Positions 12,031 to 26,200 of a DNA stretch of 64,000 bases are shown here, one piece after another. Positions within the stretch are counted from its first letter, which is position 1. Every line of letters starts with the position of its first letter. The notes below the pieces were generated by a model that saw only the letters and a program-made list of their open reading frames with translations, was not told the origin of the DNA and did not search any database. This stretch comes from Marsupella aquatica. Its lineage: Eukaryota > Plantae > Marchantiophyta. The translations under genes and the position numbers were made by a program. The stretch spans positions 2,687,455-2,751,454 of the forward strand of contig OZ316899.1 of the NCBI GenBank assembly GCA_973895155.1, given 5' to 3'.

Positions 12031-15000
12031 GTCTGTGGAGTGAGAAAGTGCAAGAGTCTTTGGTTAGTTTGTTTGATTCACATTGTTGAATTCTTGATTT
12101 TGAGAATGAGGTGCTTCAGTTTTGCAGATGGAGAAGCTTAGCCTATATGATACTCTCCATGAGGTCAGGATTGATCAGATATGGGGTCTATGTGCTGGAG
12201 CCTTTACTTATGAAGGCTGTGGGGGAGTTTTGAGTGACGGCCATCCCTGCACCTTGGGAAAGCACAAACGGAGGTTGAGAATGCAGAATCCTGAGTCACC
12301 TTTAGGTCCTCGATCACGCAACAGACTCCAGCACTCTTGTTCTAGGGATGGGGAAGGAACATATATGTACTGTTTTGCTGTGCAGGTTGGCAATGTGGTG
12401 CTTCAAGTGAATGAAGCTAATGGTCTGCAGTTGATGGGGATCTCGGGCTTTACTTTGAACTACTGGCAAAGTGCGTTATTATGGTTTATGTGATTTTTTT
12501 CTATTGTTCTTTAGTCATGGCGAGCAACAGAACCATGCGGGTGTCCCCAAAGAAATCAAAATTATTGCCCCGCCGGTGAAATATTGAATATGTAATATTG
12601 AGTACATGCAAAAATGATAATTTAACTCTCTCAATTGAGAGACAAAGTGCCTCAAAACCAATAAAACTCCCACTGGGATAGACATTCAATATTGTCCTAG
12701 TAAAGCCCCTTCAGGGTCGGACGAGTAGAATGGGAAACCATGGAAAGAACCTGAAGACATCAAGTATTTAGGTGACAAGGAATCTGTTCATGGATATGGA
12801 TGGATTTAGGGTTTGTGCTACGTAAGCACTTTTCTGCAATTTTATAGAGGCACTTTAGCTACTCAGAAAAAGTCTTGAAAATTGTTAGCATAGAGATTGT
12901 AGATAGTAGAAGCAACGGCTTAAGATTCACCACTTTTGGAGTTTATGATTGAAGTGAAAAATAGTCAAAGATGATAGATTTGTATGTTTTGTCAAAAAAG
13001 TATAATGACACTTAGTCATTCCGACACTTTTGAGGGACACTACCATTACAACAGTACTTACACAATGTTACTGGTTCTGCCTAACGGGTTGTGACCAACC
13101 ATTGTTGATGCTAAAATGAAATGAAGGTGAAAAATAAGTCAATGCGCGCCTTACATTAAATCTCTGAACAATTTTACAGTTCCATAAAAACCAGCCTCGC
13201 CTACGAGACAGAATTCTTGGAAATCTTCATGTAAGACAAAACTAGCCTCACCTACGAGACTGAAACTTTGGATATCCTCATCACACACATCCAAAACCTA
13301 CAGAACCTACACCTGCAGCGAGTCTTACAGAACCTACACCTACAGCGAGTCATAAATGGCTTCTATAGTGTCTGAGTCTAGTGTGTAAAATCTAGCACCT
13401 CGTCCCTTGCCTCCCTTGGGCACGTCACATGGTGTCAAACCAAATCAAATGTGAATGACTTCCCCTGGGTGGCAGTAGCTGAAAGGAGAAGCAGAATTGA
13501 AGACAAACTTGTTTTCTGATCCTGGATATGGTTGGAACCACCTCCCCTTTATGGCCATGTCCCCTGCCTTGAATTGTACCTGGTACCCATCAGCAAAATT
13601 CTTTGTGATTGTGTGGAGCACCTCTTTGCACTGATAAATGTAGAAATCTACATTATCTTGATTTGGTTGACAAGCACGACATGCATAGAAATCTCCCAAT
13701 TGGACACATTCTGGCAGAGAGATGTTGTCAAGCAATCCTTCACCCTCTCCCATGTTCTGTACATTAGGTCTGACATCTGCCTGCAATACCCCTTTGACAA
13801 TCTCTAGGCAATACTTGCCTACCCATTCCTTGTTCTCACAATTCATTGGATCATCATCAACACAAGCTACACAAAAACAACTGAGCTCTCGAACTTGCAA
13901 CAATGTTGACAAACTCTTACTAAATCCATCAAAGCAGTGCAAAGATCTACAATCCTTGACTGGATCACAATCCCACTTCTTCCTTCTGTTTACAGTGCCA
14001 ACTGGAATTTCCCAAAAAACACGTCAAACGAGTTGCACATCACCATACTCTTGCAATTGACCAACGGCAAACTTGTCTTTGCAAAACTTCACCACATCTG
14101 ATGCACCCTCTAGACGATGACCATTGATGCCTTTCAGTTGCTCAGTTGCAAGCCCGGTCTTGATGTGACCTCCGAGAGCATCCTATTACAGCATACCAGA
14201 AACACAAATTAGAAGTCTCTTAGGTGTGCAAGTCTGGACATCCAACTCCATTAGAAACTTACTACACTTCAGTTGAAAGGCGGGTATTCACAGAATTGGT
14301 TGCAAACTAGTGTGTTCAAAAGATACTCACAACAACACCCTTCCCATGGCCAGAGGCATGGAAGAACCATTTCATCCATGCACCATACCTCGAGTAGTAC
14401 CTACTGACGTAATAAAACGGTCTGCAGGCCTTGAACTGAGAGGCAGCCCCATCAGACCAAACCCAATGTTGATCAACATGAATGCCCTGATCAGCCATCC
14501 ATTCCCAATGTGCATCCATGCAAGGTTGCACAAAAAGAGTGCCATGACAGTTATCGTCACTAATGTAGAAATGGTAATCGGCTATAATATCACGAGTCCT
14601 ATCAGCATTTTGTGCTGCTTGCACAGGCCTACCCACTGCAGCTTCAAGTGAATCGGCATCTTCCCTATGTCTATAGGTAACATGGATTAACAATGTCACT
14701 TGCTTATTGTCCCAATGTTGACTCTGAATCTCATTTTGAGGCAAAAAAGTGTAATTTTTTGAAAAATCTATTGAAGAAACAATTGTCCCTCTTGGAAATG
14801 TTTTGAGACATTGTCTAAATTGTCGCGACTGCCAATGTGCTCAAAAGTTATGCACAATAAATGTTTTCATGGTATCCAACACCGCCCTCTTAAAATCTAC
14901 CATGGGAGTTTTCTTATAAACCATCCTCAATCGCCTAGCCTTCTTTGTTGCGCTCTCTTCAGACCCTTTCTTTTTCTCTCTCTTTTGTTGGGCAGTGTCA

Positions 15001-15574
15001 TCCAGGTCATGATATTCAAACGACTGCCAATCGATCATTTGTTTTTGTGCAGGGTCCAACTCTTGAGTGCACCAATCCAACTTCTCTACTCCACATTTGT
15101 CACATTCACCTATAATACAGGCTTTTTGGTGGCACTCGTTCTCAGGCAATCTAGGACAGAGAGCTTCCTCTATCCAGCCACGAACTGAGGTTATGGACTT
15201 TGTAGATGCCATACAAGAAGAAATGGGTACAACACCTAAGGGTCTACAGATATCACATTCACAAGGACAGTCCTTATTGTGCTGGTGCCACCTAAATTTG
15301 TTAATTGCCTCTTTCAGTAAGTCCATCTCCACATGTTGTTTGCAGCAACAAACATTTTGGTCCTTCATCTTGCGAACATAATATGGCTTGAAGTATATGA
15401 ATGACCGCATCCCTACAGACACCCCATTCTGCTCCCTTGTGCACCAGTCACAAAATGCTGAATAGAATTGATACTGTAAACATACAAGAGAGTTTTATTA
15501 GAAATACTATAGCAAATAGACACCCTCAAATGTGCAGCCATAAAAATCCCTAGATATCTGGGTACTACTTACTT

Positions 15575-16586
15575 TTAGACTGAAGTCCTTCAGTAAGGGT
15601 TGGAATCCTCATTGGAAGACTACCAGCAAAGCTTAAGGACTAAAGTCCATCGGGGAGGAGTACTACAATCATTTGGTCAAAGCGCTTCACTCGTTGACAA
15701 AGGACTAGTCTATAGACGTAACACAACCCAGGACTATAGTCCTTGACAGAGGATTAAAGTCCTTATCGAAGGACTACATAGTCCTCTGATGAGGACTAAA
15801 GATAGTCCTCGACAAAGGAGTAAAGTACTTCAATAAGGACTACAATCCTTGAATAAAGACTATAATCCTTTACAAAGGAGTCAAGTCCTTAAGTAAGTAC
15901 TATAGTCCTTTACAAAGGAGTAAACACTTGAGTAAGGACTATAGTCCTTTACAAAGGACTACAGTTCTTGAAAGAATAAGGACTATAGTCCTTTATGAAA
16001 GCCCGTACCAAGGAGTAAAGTCCAAGGACTATTAGTAGTCCTGTTAAAAGGAGTAAAGTCCTTGAGAAAGGACTATAGTCCTTTACAAAGGAGTAAAGTC
16101 CTTGGGGAAGGACTATAGTCCTTTACGAAGTAGTAAAGTCCTTAGTAAGGACCATTAATAGTCCTTCACAAAGGAGTAAAGTCCTTTACAAAGTAGTAAA
16201 GTCCTTGAGTAAGGACTACAGTCCTTTACCAAGTAGTAAAGTCCTTGAGAAAGGACTATAGTTCTTTACAAAGTAGTAAAGTCCTTGAGTAAGGACTATA
16301 GTCCTTTACAAAGTAATAAAGTCCTTGAGTAAGGACTATTAATAGTCCTTCACAAAGGAGTGAAGTCCTTTACAAAGTAGTAAAGTCCTTCAGAAAGTCC
16401 TTTACAAAGTAGTAAAGTCCTTTGATAAGGACTATATAGTCCTGGGCAAAGGAGTACAGTCCTTTGTCTAAGGGCTACAGTCCTTTTCCCAGGCAAAGGA
16501 GTAGAGTCCTTTGCTAAGGACTATATAGTCCTTGACGCTTAGTGAGGCCCTTGGCTAAGGAGTATAGTTTTTATCCAAGGAGTAAA
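15575..16586. repeat. Intronic minisatellite-like array of aaggactatagtcctt / aaggagtaaagtcctt units (about 20-bp period)
   Basis: About 30 agtcctt-type units counted by eye. The array resumes at 27685-27900 on the far side of the MULE. Confidence 0.9.
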
Positions 16587-17493
16587 GGGTCATTGTAGCG
16601 TGCGAGGAAACAGTAAAAAAATTCCTCGCACGCTATCATTTTCTCCTTGGAATACCCAAAATTTGGCACGAAAACAACCTCGCTAGCAAAAAGTGACGCT
16701 CGCTAGCCTAAAAGGAACCTTCTATTCCACCTATTTATTTAACTCCCGTTGGGTTTAAAAAGAGATCCCGACGATGCATTGGTACATATTATGTATTCCC
16801 TGGACACGAACGGTCGTCGATGGCACCATAATTAAACATATAATTCTACAGTACATCAGGCCAGCGAAGTCGCTAGCCATAACTCTGCCCATAATTCTCG
16901 CACTAAATACTGCGGTCATGACCCACACGAAAATCACTCATTAGAAATCATGGGTGTAAACCGTTGCAGCAACAACACTAATCCGTATCATATCACGACA
17001 GAATCCAATGTCCCCTTCCTCATGAGTGAAGCGTGAAACGCGAAACCGTTTGAGAGGATCCGAGGCTCCGAAAATGCACTATATGTCATTCGGACCTCTC
17101 GACTCATCTCCATTCCTAACAGTGTTCTCATTATTTGACTTTCATCGTCTCCTCACTCTTTCGTGATCGTTTTTGCATCGCAGAGTAACTTCAATTGAGC
17201 TTGTGTTGTCATATCCGCGGGCGAGGAGGGGATCTGGTGTTCTCGGGTGTGTCGCATTCTTGCAAAGTTTTTGTCGCACAAAGAGATGTAAGTTTGATAC
17301 GGGAAGACCTCTTAACAGCAAATAGTATTATTGTTCATGAGAAAGTCTGGTTTTCCAAGTTCTCTTTTTCCTTCTCTTGGTTTTGCGCATTTTGACTCGA
17401 TCATCTTGGATTTTTTGAATGTGACTGTTTCTATTTGGTAAACACATGTTGAGAAAGTAATCTGATACACAGAAGCGTTTGTTACAGACATAA

Positions 17494-17922
17494 ATGGCAA
17501 AAAACGATGACCCTTCCGCTCCAAAACCCAAATGGGTTCTGGAGGTCCGCCGCTACAACGCCAAAACTGACGGCCCAATGGACTCGCCACCAAGCTCTCC
17601 TCCGGCAAGGAAGAGTGTTACCCCTCCGCTGAAGGCTAGATCATCATCCAGTCGGGTCCCGCCTGTTGCCTCTGCTTCAACTCAGCGACCTGCACTGCCG
17701 AAGGAAACAACTTCAAGCGTTGTTTCCAGAGCACCAATGTCTTCTCGCACAAACGTATCCGTTTCTAAGGGAGTTTCAAAGAAGCGGAAGAGAGAGGAGG
17801 AGGAGTCTTACTGGAGGGACATCGACATACACAACTACTGGACATCCGACATCCTAGCTTTGTTCGATTATGATACGGATTCGGAAACAGATTCAGACGC
17901 CTACAAGGCAACATCTCCATGA
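17494..17922 (+). CDS. Small uncharacterised ORF inside the MULE (142 aa, S/P-rich, basic KKRKR patch, acidic tail)
   Basis: Uninterrupted ATG-to-stop ORF; no recognisable domain. Confidence 0.4.
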   Translation: MAKNDDPSAPKPKWVLEVRRYNAKTDGPMDSPPSSPPARKSVTPPLKARSSSSRVPPVASASTQRPALPKETTSSVVSRAPMSSRTNVSVSKGVSKKRKREEEESYWRDIDIHNYWTSDILALFDYDTDSETDSDAYKATSP

Positions 17923-18808
17923 ATAGTACCCTATACGACAATCACTCCGCGTTGCGAACCCTCGTAGTTTTACAGTTAATCTCTGCCAAGTCCGTGACCT
18001 TAAAATGAAATGATCGGTAGGACACGGACATTTTGTCAGTTACAGATGTTTTGATAAATATTGGACAATATTCGAATAAAGCTTCGGAAGTTTTTTCAAT
18101 TTCATGAGTGCATACCTTGCTAGCGAGATCGCTAGTAAATATTGCCTACTGGTACTTGAGTGATTTACGTTGTGGATGACATGCGAGCACGGAAAACATC
18201 CTCTCTTCCTCCTACTATGATACAGTATCCGACTCTGACTCCGATGCGTACAAGGCAGGGAGCCATTGAATAGGAAACATTTGTAGGGGCATAAACATTT
18301 TGTAGACTGTGTCTATTTCGTAGATCTGGGATCCGAAAAAGTTCTTCGACACTCAATGTCCAACACAGTTGTAAGGGAGAACATCTTTGTTCATTTTGAA
18401 ATAACTTCTTGAGAAGACTGCCGACTGCAATGTTTGGACTTACAGTACTAGTTTTGCTAGCGACATCGCTAGTAAAACTATGCATGACTAAAATGGTTTG
18501 TTTTCTCGAATGTATATCCCAAAAACATTAAAATACATGAGTTATTGAACTCTACGTTATGTAGAACTTGGTCAAAAAGAAACCGTTTACGGGAAACCTA
18601 AAACTTTACTTTACGGGTTTAATACCAGAGACCTCGCTAGAAAAATAAACACTATTTCCGATACGTATAGAATAGTAATAGACCCTCGCTAACATTACAT
18701 ACACAATATAATTAGTGAGGTGGAGGACTTTCCTCTGTTCTGAAAACCAAAAAGGCGACAAAACTAGGGACGCTGAAACGTTCACCTCAACGGATAATAG
18801 AGATTAAG

Positions 18809-21800
18809 TCAACTACACTGCAACGGAATCAAACTCCTTACTTCAGCAACAGTCAGAATTGGCTGCTTCACAAGATCGTCTCTGTCTAGATTCAGTGAGA
18901 ACTTGTTTAAGTACACCCAGAGGAGGTGTTTACAAGACATATAGGGTCTTCCTCTCGTGTGTCTCTTGTAGAAGTCATCACATGAGCAAGAAGGAAAGCA
19001 ACACACTTGGACCCAGTACTTGTGTGCAATTTTCGAATCTGTCTCGTGAGTGACGATAAGATATTGCCATCCCCACCCGTTTCCGAGGCATATCTTCTCA
19101 CTTCCAATGACTCTCATATGTTCGTCAATCGTAGATCGAATGCGTTTGAGAAGCTCCGGGGTGTTCTGGAAACGTTGACGAACGCCTTTCCCATTCCGGG
19201 TCTTGAATCTACGGTTTGGAATACCAATGTCAACTCTTTCTGGGAAGGAGTTCACATCAATTCGGAGGTCAACACGATTTGGAGAGGAGAACGACCCAAT
19301 CGGTGCTGGATCAGAGTATGATAATCCTCTGATTTCAATCCCATTTCGAAGAAGAAAGTCAATCTCTGTTGGGGTCAGCCTGGTCCCACGCTGGACTTGC
19401 AATGCCTCAGGTGGTTCCGGAAGCTGGGCAAGAGTCCTTCTGCCACCTGTTTTATGGCACCTATTATTCGGACAGAAGTATAGAAGCTGACGATGTGGAG
19501 ATGACAACCTCAATCCGTGAATCGCAACACCAACCACTCCAGCCCGGAATGCCTTCATTCCAATTTCTTTGATGAGATTCTTGCACTCATCTCTTCCAAA
19601 CACACTTCGGTCCACTCGTCCATTGCAAACAGGTCCACTCCCTTTTCCACTCCGCCTCAAGTGCCAGGTCCCATATGTCACATCAACCTCTTCAACAACA
19701 GGGATCCTTCGGGGTGCATCCCGAATTTCATCCCGATTATTTTGAGGCTGTGGTATTTCTCCAACGTAGTTCGGGTCCTGTGTTGTATCTCCACGGCTAA
19801 GTTCTTCACCATCATCTGATATATTTATAACTTCACGAGGAAGAGAAGGTCCATGGCAAGTGGGGTTGTCTTCATCGCCAGGAAAGTCTGAAGGTCCACC
19901 AATATCAGAAGCACCGCTGAAGTTACCAAATTCTGTGTAAAGATTTCTTCTTTTCAAACTAGACCGCGATGCCACTGTGCGCAATATCTTATCATGTCTA
20001 TGAGAATCGTTTTCATGAATAGAAGCAGAAGCACTACCCTTCCGTTTCCCTGATGTTGTTCTAAGATCTCCATGTAAAGGCACAGTTCTATAGAACTCAT
20101 ATTTTCCAGATGATTCAAATAGTAGATTGGATGCCTTCTCATAGGCATCCATAGACCCCATTGTATCTGCATTTCTGAAGGCCAGCTCAAATATTGTAGG
20201 ACCATTCCCACGGTGACACCCTTCCAAGTATGCAGTGAACGCTGCAATCTGTCCGGCTGCTCGATTCTGGTCAACTTCACAGGCTTCAATCAAACCAATT
20301 TTCTTCTTCGGCTGGCAGGAACGCATTGATGCGTGAGCAGATTCAGCTCCCGCACAGTTTGGCATCAGAGCAGACTCCTTCGCAGTTTGCGTCTGAAAAA
20401 TGAGCAGAGTTAACACTTGTATTCACTAGCGATATGTCTATTTTGAGACAGTCTAATGTTTCAGTCGGTGACCAAAATACATTTACGAAAAGAAGTTTTA
20501 TTGCTAGCGATCTCGCTAGCTTAAACTCATCAGAAAGAATTCACCGTTACTCACCACACGAATAAAGTTACCCCATTGTCTCCACCGCACAACCCACCAT
20601 GAAATCCACCCTTGTAGTGATTTAAGCTTGGAAGGGTGACAATTCCCCTCTTTCCACCATTTTTGAATGTCTTCGGCGATACGATATGCTTCGACGTATG
20701 TTGGAGCAATTCTTAACTTCTCCCACATCTTATAGTGCTCCGCATGACACCCCTCCTTGATCCCCTCCAAAGTGTGTCTTCTGAGAGATTGAGAGAGATG
20801 GAACGCGTCACTATGCTCTTTCAGAGGATTTTTGACACCTCCAAAAAATACCCTTCTCACAGAAATCCAGCCAGCCTCCGCATTGTCTGCTATGAATCCT
20901 CCAATAATGGGATTATGCACTCCATTAACCTCCACGCAGTTTCAAGCGACTCTGTGTCTTCGGCTCTCAACTCGCAAGTGAAAATTGTACACAGAGCGCG
21001 GTAATTATGGTCATACACGTGTGCGCTGAAGGTCAACCATCCACTAGTGATACGATGCATCACGTCAAAACTGACCCACGAACCTTCCAATGCTCCTCCA
21101 GCCTCCATGCTCCTCAAAATTTCCACACCCGATCTAGGACCATTTGTACTCATTTTGAATACATGCGCTCGATCATTTCTGTTTCCTTGACCGGGAAACA
21201 GGTACCTCTGCACGAAAGGGAAATTGTTACGTGATTGCATTTCACGAAGTGAGTCAAGTTCTCCTTTTTTAGGATTATCCATCTTCACACTCCGAAGAAT
21301 AGCTTGGAACTTTGGAGCGGTAGAAACTACTCCGATCGAACTCCAAATTTCTTGTTGTTCTTCTCTCGACAACTGAGCCGATGATTCTGGATGCAATAGC
21401 GAGACAAGGTTCCCAATTGACTGGTTTCTCAGACGTGCAGGAGTTGAGACTGGATTCAACCGATGGACCCCTAAAACCACATCTTCCGCTATTTTTCTCG
21501 CAGAACGAGATTTTCCCTTCCAAACAGGGTGATCGTGGAATCCCATATGCACAGCCAATCTGGACATATTCATTGAAATGTGACTCTCCAAACCTGGCTT
21601 AGGGTACACATACAACAGTTTTGCCGGGCATTCTCGAATACAGAGAGGCCTCTCTTCACAGAAGCCACAGACAAGTCCTCCCTCACTCACTTGCTCTCCA
21701 AGACGAAAGATGTCAGGCAGCAACCCTTTCCCTTTGAAAGAGCAGTCATTTTTCACTCCAGTATGTTTCAACTTCCGGCAACCCAAATTATGGCATTCGA

Positions 21801-22598
21801 GAATTCCAGCGCAACGAACTTTTGACACAGCCCAATGAAACCTTGGCTTCAAATTCGCAGATGTAGTCACTAGTCTCGTCCAAGGATAGCCGTCCTTCTC
21901 TCGATCCATATCTTGGAGACCTCCTCCCCTCCCGGCCCCCTCGACTGGAGGAAGTTCAAAAACAACGTTACCATTGTATGTCGATGGCAGAGTCGAAACC
22001 TGACATTCATTCCATTGATTCCCTCTTCTAAATTGTGCAAGTTCACTCGCTCCACTGATATTGAGAAAAGCGTCATAGGCACTCATCCGATACACTGTGG
22101 TCATGCTATCCCCAGTCCTTTCAATTAAATTTGTCGCTAACCCTTCGGGTTCGGAACCATCTCGTGACTTCATCGAACCACAAGATGTGTCTTGCCTTAT
22201 ACTCTCTGGAGATATTTCAATGACCTCGGGAGCTCTGTCTTTGGGAGGCGTCCAAGATCAATCATAGGAGTTTGATGACCGGGATCTAATTCCATGGGTT
22301 CCAAAATGACATCAGGAAAATCATCTTTACTGGACAGAACCTCGACACAAGATCCAACCTTCAGCGTCCATACCTTCCCGGAAGTACTACTGTCCTCTCT
22401 CAACTCGTGACTCCTTGGCCCATTTTGAGAAGACAACTCAAACAACTTCATGACAAGGTCATCTTTTGGAATTCCAAAACGAGTTGCAAGGAATGACTCT
22501 GTCACCCTAACCTCCGACGAGTCAGGGGCACTTGGGAGTACCACCATGTCTCCCGTCATTCTACGCTCCAAAACCACCTTGGAATTCATCGTCATCAT
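18809..22598 (-). pseudogene. MULE transposase with WRKY/GCM-like Zn region, DDE core and SWIM finger
   Basis: FELPP...YPWTRLVTTS...CAGILEC; SFDVMHR (D1); FIADNAEAGW (D2); DAFH; AESAHASM (E); SWIM CSCDDF...CKHLLWV. Frameshifts near 22200 and 20930. Intron at about 20395-20550. Confidence 0.85.
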
Positions 22599-23261
22599 CT
22601 CTTCTCAACATACAAAAATACAACGACTATGTTTTGAATCGCACATATGAATCCTATTTGCAGGACCAAAACTGGGTTTTTCCCAACGGAAACAACAATC
22701 CAAAAAGATTGTCAGTCGATTCCCGTTGATTTTACCATTATTTTGTCTTTTACTCAACGTATAGGGACGTCTCTCATGCTAGCGATCTCGCTAGCTTGGT
22801 TTTGATAGTTTTATGGAAAGAAAATCGTTGATTTCAACTCTTTTAATGATACCTGTGTCATTGAGTTTATGCCAGCGATCTCGCTAGCCAAAAAGTCAAA
22901 CTGATTTTTGAGGAAGTTTACCGTTAGGATTCCGTTGGGAATAGTCAACCGGTACCATAATGTCAACGGTACAACTGGAGTATTATTTCTGGATAAGATT
23001 ATCGGTCGTGAAGGTTGTTGTTTGGGTTTTCCAAAAAGTACAACTAGTGGTCCCTGCCAGGAGATTTTTGTTATTCCTTACATCATACTGTCGATCATTG
23101 TCAGTATTCACTATCGTAACTCTGTAAGGCTTCGGAGGGAGTTCGTAGCAGTTTGTACGGCGTCCTAATTCTCCGAAAGGAGGTGCTCTGTGGACGTTTT
23201 TGACGCGTGCAGCCGCTGTAGTCTCCGGGCTCGAGCACTCTTCTCCAAAGGGTTTTATTTC

Positions 23262-26200
23262 ATGGAGTCATCCTTGTCTCCAGAGAGTATTTCTTCGAGA
23301 GGATCGTTTCAGTCGAGGGAGTCGACAAGGAGAGAAACTAGGTCCACAGCGAACAAGAAAGCGCTTGCAGCGGGATTGAAGACTCCAAGGCGGGCCAAGA
23401 TGGTGACAGCGGTAGATGTAGTTGCTCCTATGTTTGATCCGAGCGCTTCGGAACCTTACACGGTTGTCATAAACCGTCATCTTCACTCGTTTGGAGTGAA
23501 TGAGTTCGGATTTGCATTGGCTCCCCCCCGAATTCCTCTGTGCCGGATGAGAAACATGCAGATTGTCCGGTCTCTGCAGAAGGATTCCACTGCGATAGAC
23601 ACATTGAAGTCCGAGTTCAAAACGCAGGGTTACATCGAGGATGCGCCTCAATTTTACGTTCAGATGACAAACGAGGATGGAGAAATCCAGATCTGTACAG
23701 ATGCCATCCGCGAAACTTGGGATGATATTTGGGTGTTGCAAAACGAGGAGTTTGAGCGCGAATGTGATTCTCATGTTTCTTTCCAGATCCTCAAGGACAA
23801 AATGTTCTGTGTTTTCGATGGAAACCATCGATTGTATTCGTGGAGCCAACTGGCAGAGGAACATCCGGATGATATTAAGTACCATCCTCGAGTGGTCTGC
23901 AAGATCTTTAAGGGTGAAAAGAACTCTTTCGTTCAGATCGAGTTGGCTATGCACGCATTGAACAGGTGGGACTTCTCATGATAAGATAGTTCTGAAATTT
24001 CATTTTTACCGAGTCACTTTCAGCTAGCGATCTCGCTAACATGAGGCATGTTGTGGCAGGTTAACTCAATGTCATGTAGAGAATTCCTGGGTTTTGGAGG
24101 CTGAACGCGTCCAGAAGATTCTGAACAATGACTTATCCGTTTACAAAGATATCATCGACGCTGAGAATTACAAACTTTTCCAGCAGAAGATGGCCAATGT
24201 GCGAAAGGCCGCATGGTATTCGAAGAACATGACGCTGGATGCCTGCACTTATATTCTATCCGCTGCTAACATTGCATCGCAGACCGAGGACCTTAAGAAG
24301 AAATTTTCTCTTAAGGAGGCTCAAGGCGAGCCCCTTTCCAAGGCTGCACAGGACTTAGCAATGCGTGACATGATGAAAGAACAACTTGCTGATTGGAATG
24401 TGAAAGTTCCAAAGATCGGTCCATTACTAAATCCTGAGTTTGGAGACTTTTTCAAGAAATGTGTCGAAATGCATAACTACTGCGAGAACAAGAGAAAGGA
24501 GGCCCAGAGAACAGATGACAAAGGCAGGGGAAATGTTTCTTGTGGTCTTGATCGAGCTCGATTGTTCACTGGTGTGACCTCTTTATCCCCAGAGCTCCGA
24601 TGTACACTCCTGGAGGCACAGTGTTGTCCTGAGCTTCGGAAAAAATTCTTTCATCCAGGTCAATTCTCAGATGGTGAGACTAAGCTTTGGCTTCATCGTT
24701 GGGCAGTGTGGGAGCAAGTCGAGTCAATTTCGTCTTCCCTCATGTCTGAAATTGTTTCTGAGGTAATGCATACTATCCCTGAGTCGAGGATCCTTACGTC
24801 TTCAGAGAAGACGAAAGCTTCGCTAATCCTTGACATTGAGGAGGATTTTGAGGATTTCCAAACTCGTGTGAAAACTCATTTTTTCAAGCAGATTTGGCCA
24901 CCCAAGACAGGAGAGAAGGTAGACATTACATTGTTTCGGAGGAGAGCGAAGAGATACACGTATCGATTTTTTGTAGACAGAGAAGTAGCAGACAAATTTT
25001 ACTGGTGGTCCTACCCAGCCTGTTTCTCCCCATGGATAGCTGGGGTTAAAGAGGACCCTACAAGTGATAAGTTTGGGGAATATTGTATGTTTCCTTGCGA
25101 GGGAAGTGAAGCTCCAAGGAGATTGAGCGAGTGGGAGGTTCTTCATTGTCCATGGTATTTGGACTCGGACAAATGGTCTGTGACATTTGACACTGCAGAG
25201 AAAGCAGCTCTTCACATGATCAATCGAGGATTCCTTCCGGAATCTTACATCTCCGAGTCCAAATTGGCACCCACTGATGCTGAAGTTGGTGGTTGCGAGG
25301 CGATGGAAAAAGCTTGTCTTGGTGTAGCTGCCATAGTGGATAGGAGTCGAGCACGGAAGCCAAGAAAAGGAGCATTGAAGGACACATCCAAAGATGGGTC
25401 CCAGATTTCCGGAAAGCCAAGTAAGTCTGTTAATTGTATGTTACTTTTTATTTTTAAGTCCGGATGTGTGTCGAATATACAGACACTAATGTCTTTTGCT
25501 TCACAGAGAGGAGGAAGGGAGCGGCTTCTGAGAGTTTGAAGAGTGGAGCAGATGATGGTGAGGAACCTCAGTCCCCAGATGCCGAAGTCACAACAAAGAG
25601 CGCAGTGGATTTAGGAAGTATAAAACGTTTGAAACGGAAGCGGAACATCCAGATTCTTTCAGATTCGGACGATGAGGAAGTTTCAGTTGCTCAAGGTGTT
25701 GCTCGGATGTGTGGTTTGAAGATGGATGGGCAGCGACATTTCCTGGCTCGTAGCAATTTGACCGATACTGCAAACTCAATTAGCGTAAGTAAAGTGAGGC
25801 CATCTTGGATGGGAGATGGAGATCGATGGATTACTGGGATGTCAAAGAGCGTAGAGTGCCCGAACCATGTCGTAATTAATGGAAAGCCTTATGCTGGGAT
25901 TGGAGCACATTTGGGATTCATTTCTCTTCCAACTGGGCATAGAACAAGCGTTACAGACAAACAGGTTCCGTCTTGGAATGTTTGGAGCGAGAAACTCCCA
26001 TATTATTTTTTTGGAGTGATGAGACCAATGCTTTCAGATGATGGATATGTTGCTGTCTTGCACAGCTCAGACTTCAATCACATGAGGCAAATATTTACGG
26101 CAGTCGAGCAAAAAAACAAATTCAAACATGTGCAGCAATATACCATTTTGTTGTCCACCCCTTTATGGAGGGCAGATATGGATATTGAGGTAGTTATCCC

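Noticed and set aside
23268-23954. Long antisense ORFs (also 60721-61284, 61601-62089 and 24823-25215)
   Set aside because: These are shadows of the coding frames on the opposite strand, with no motifs of their own.
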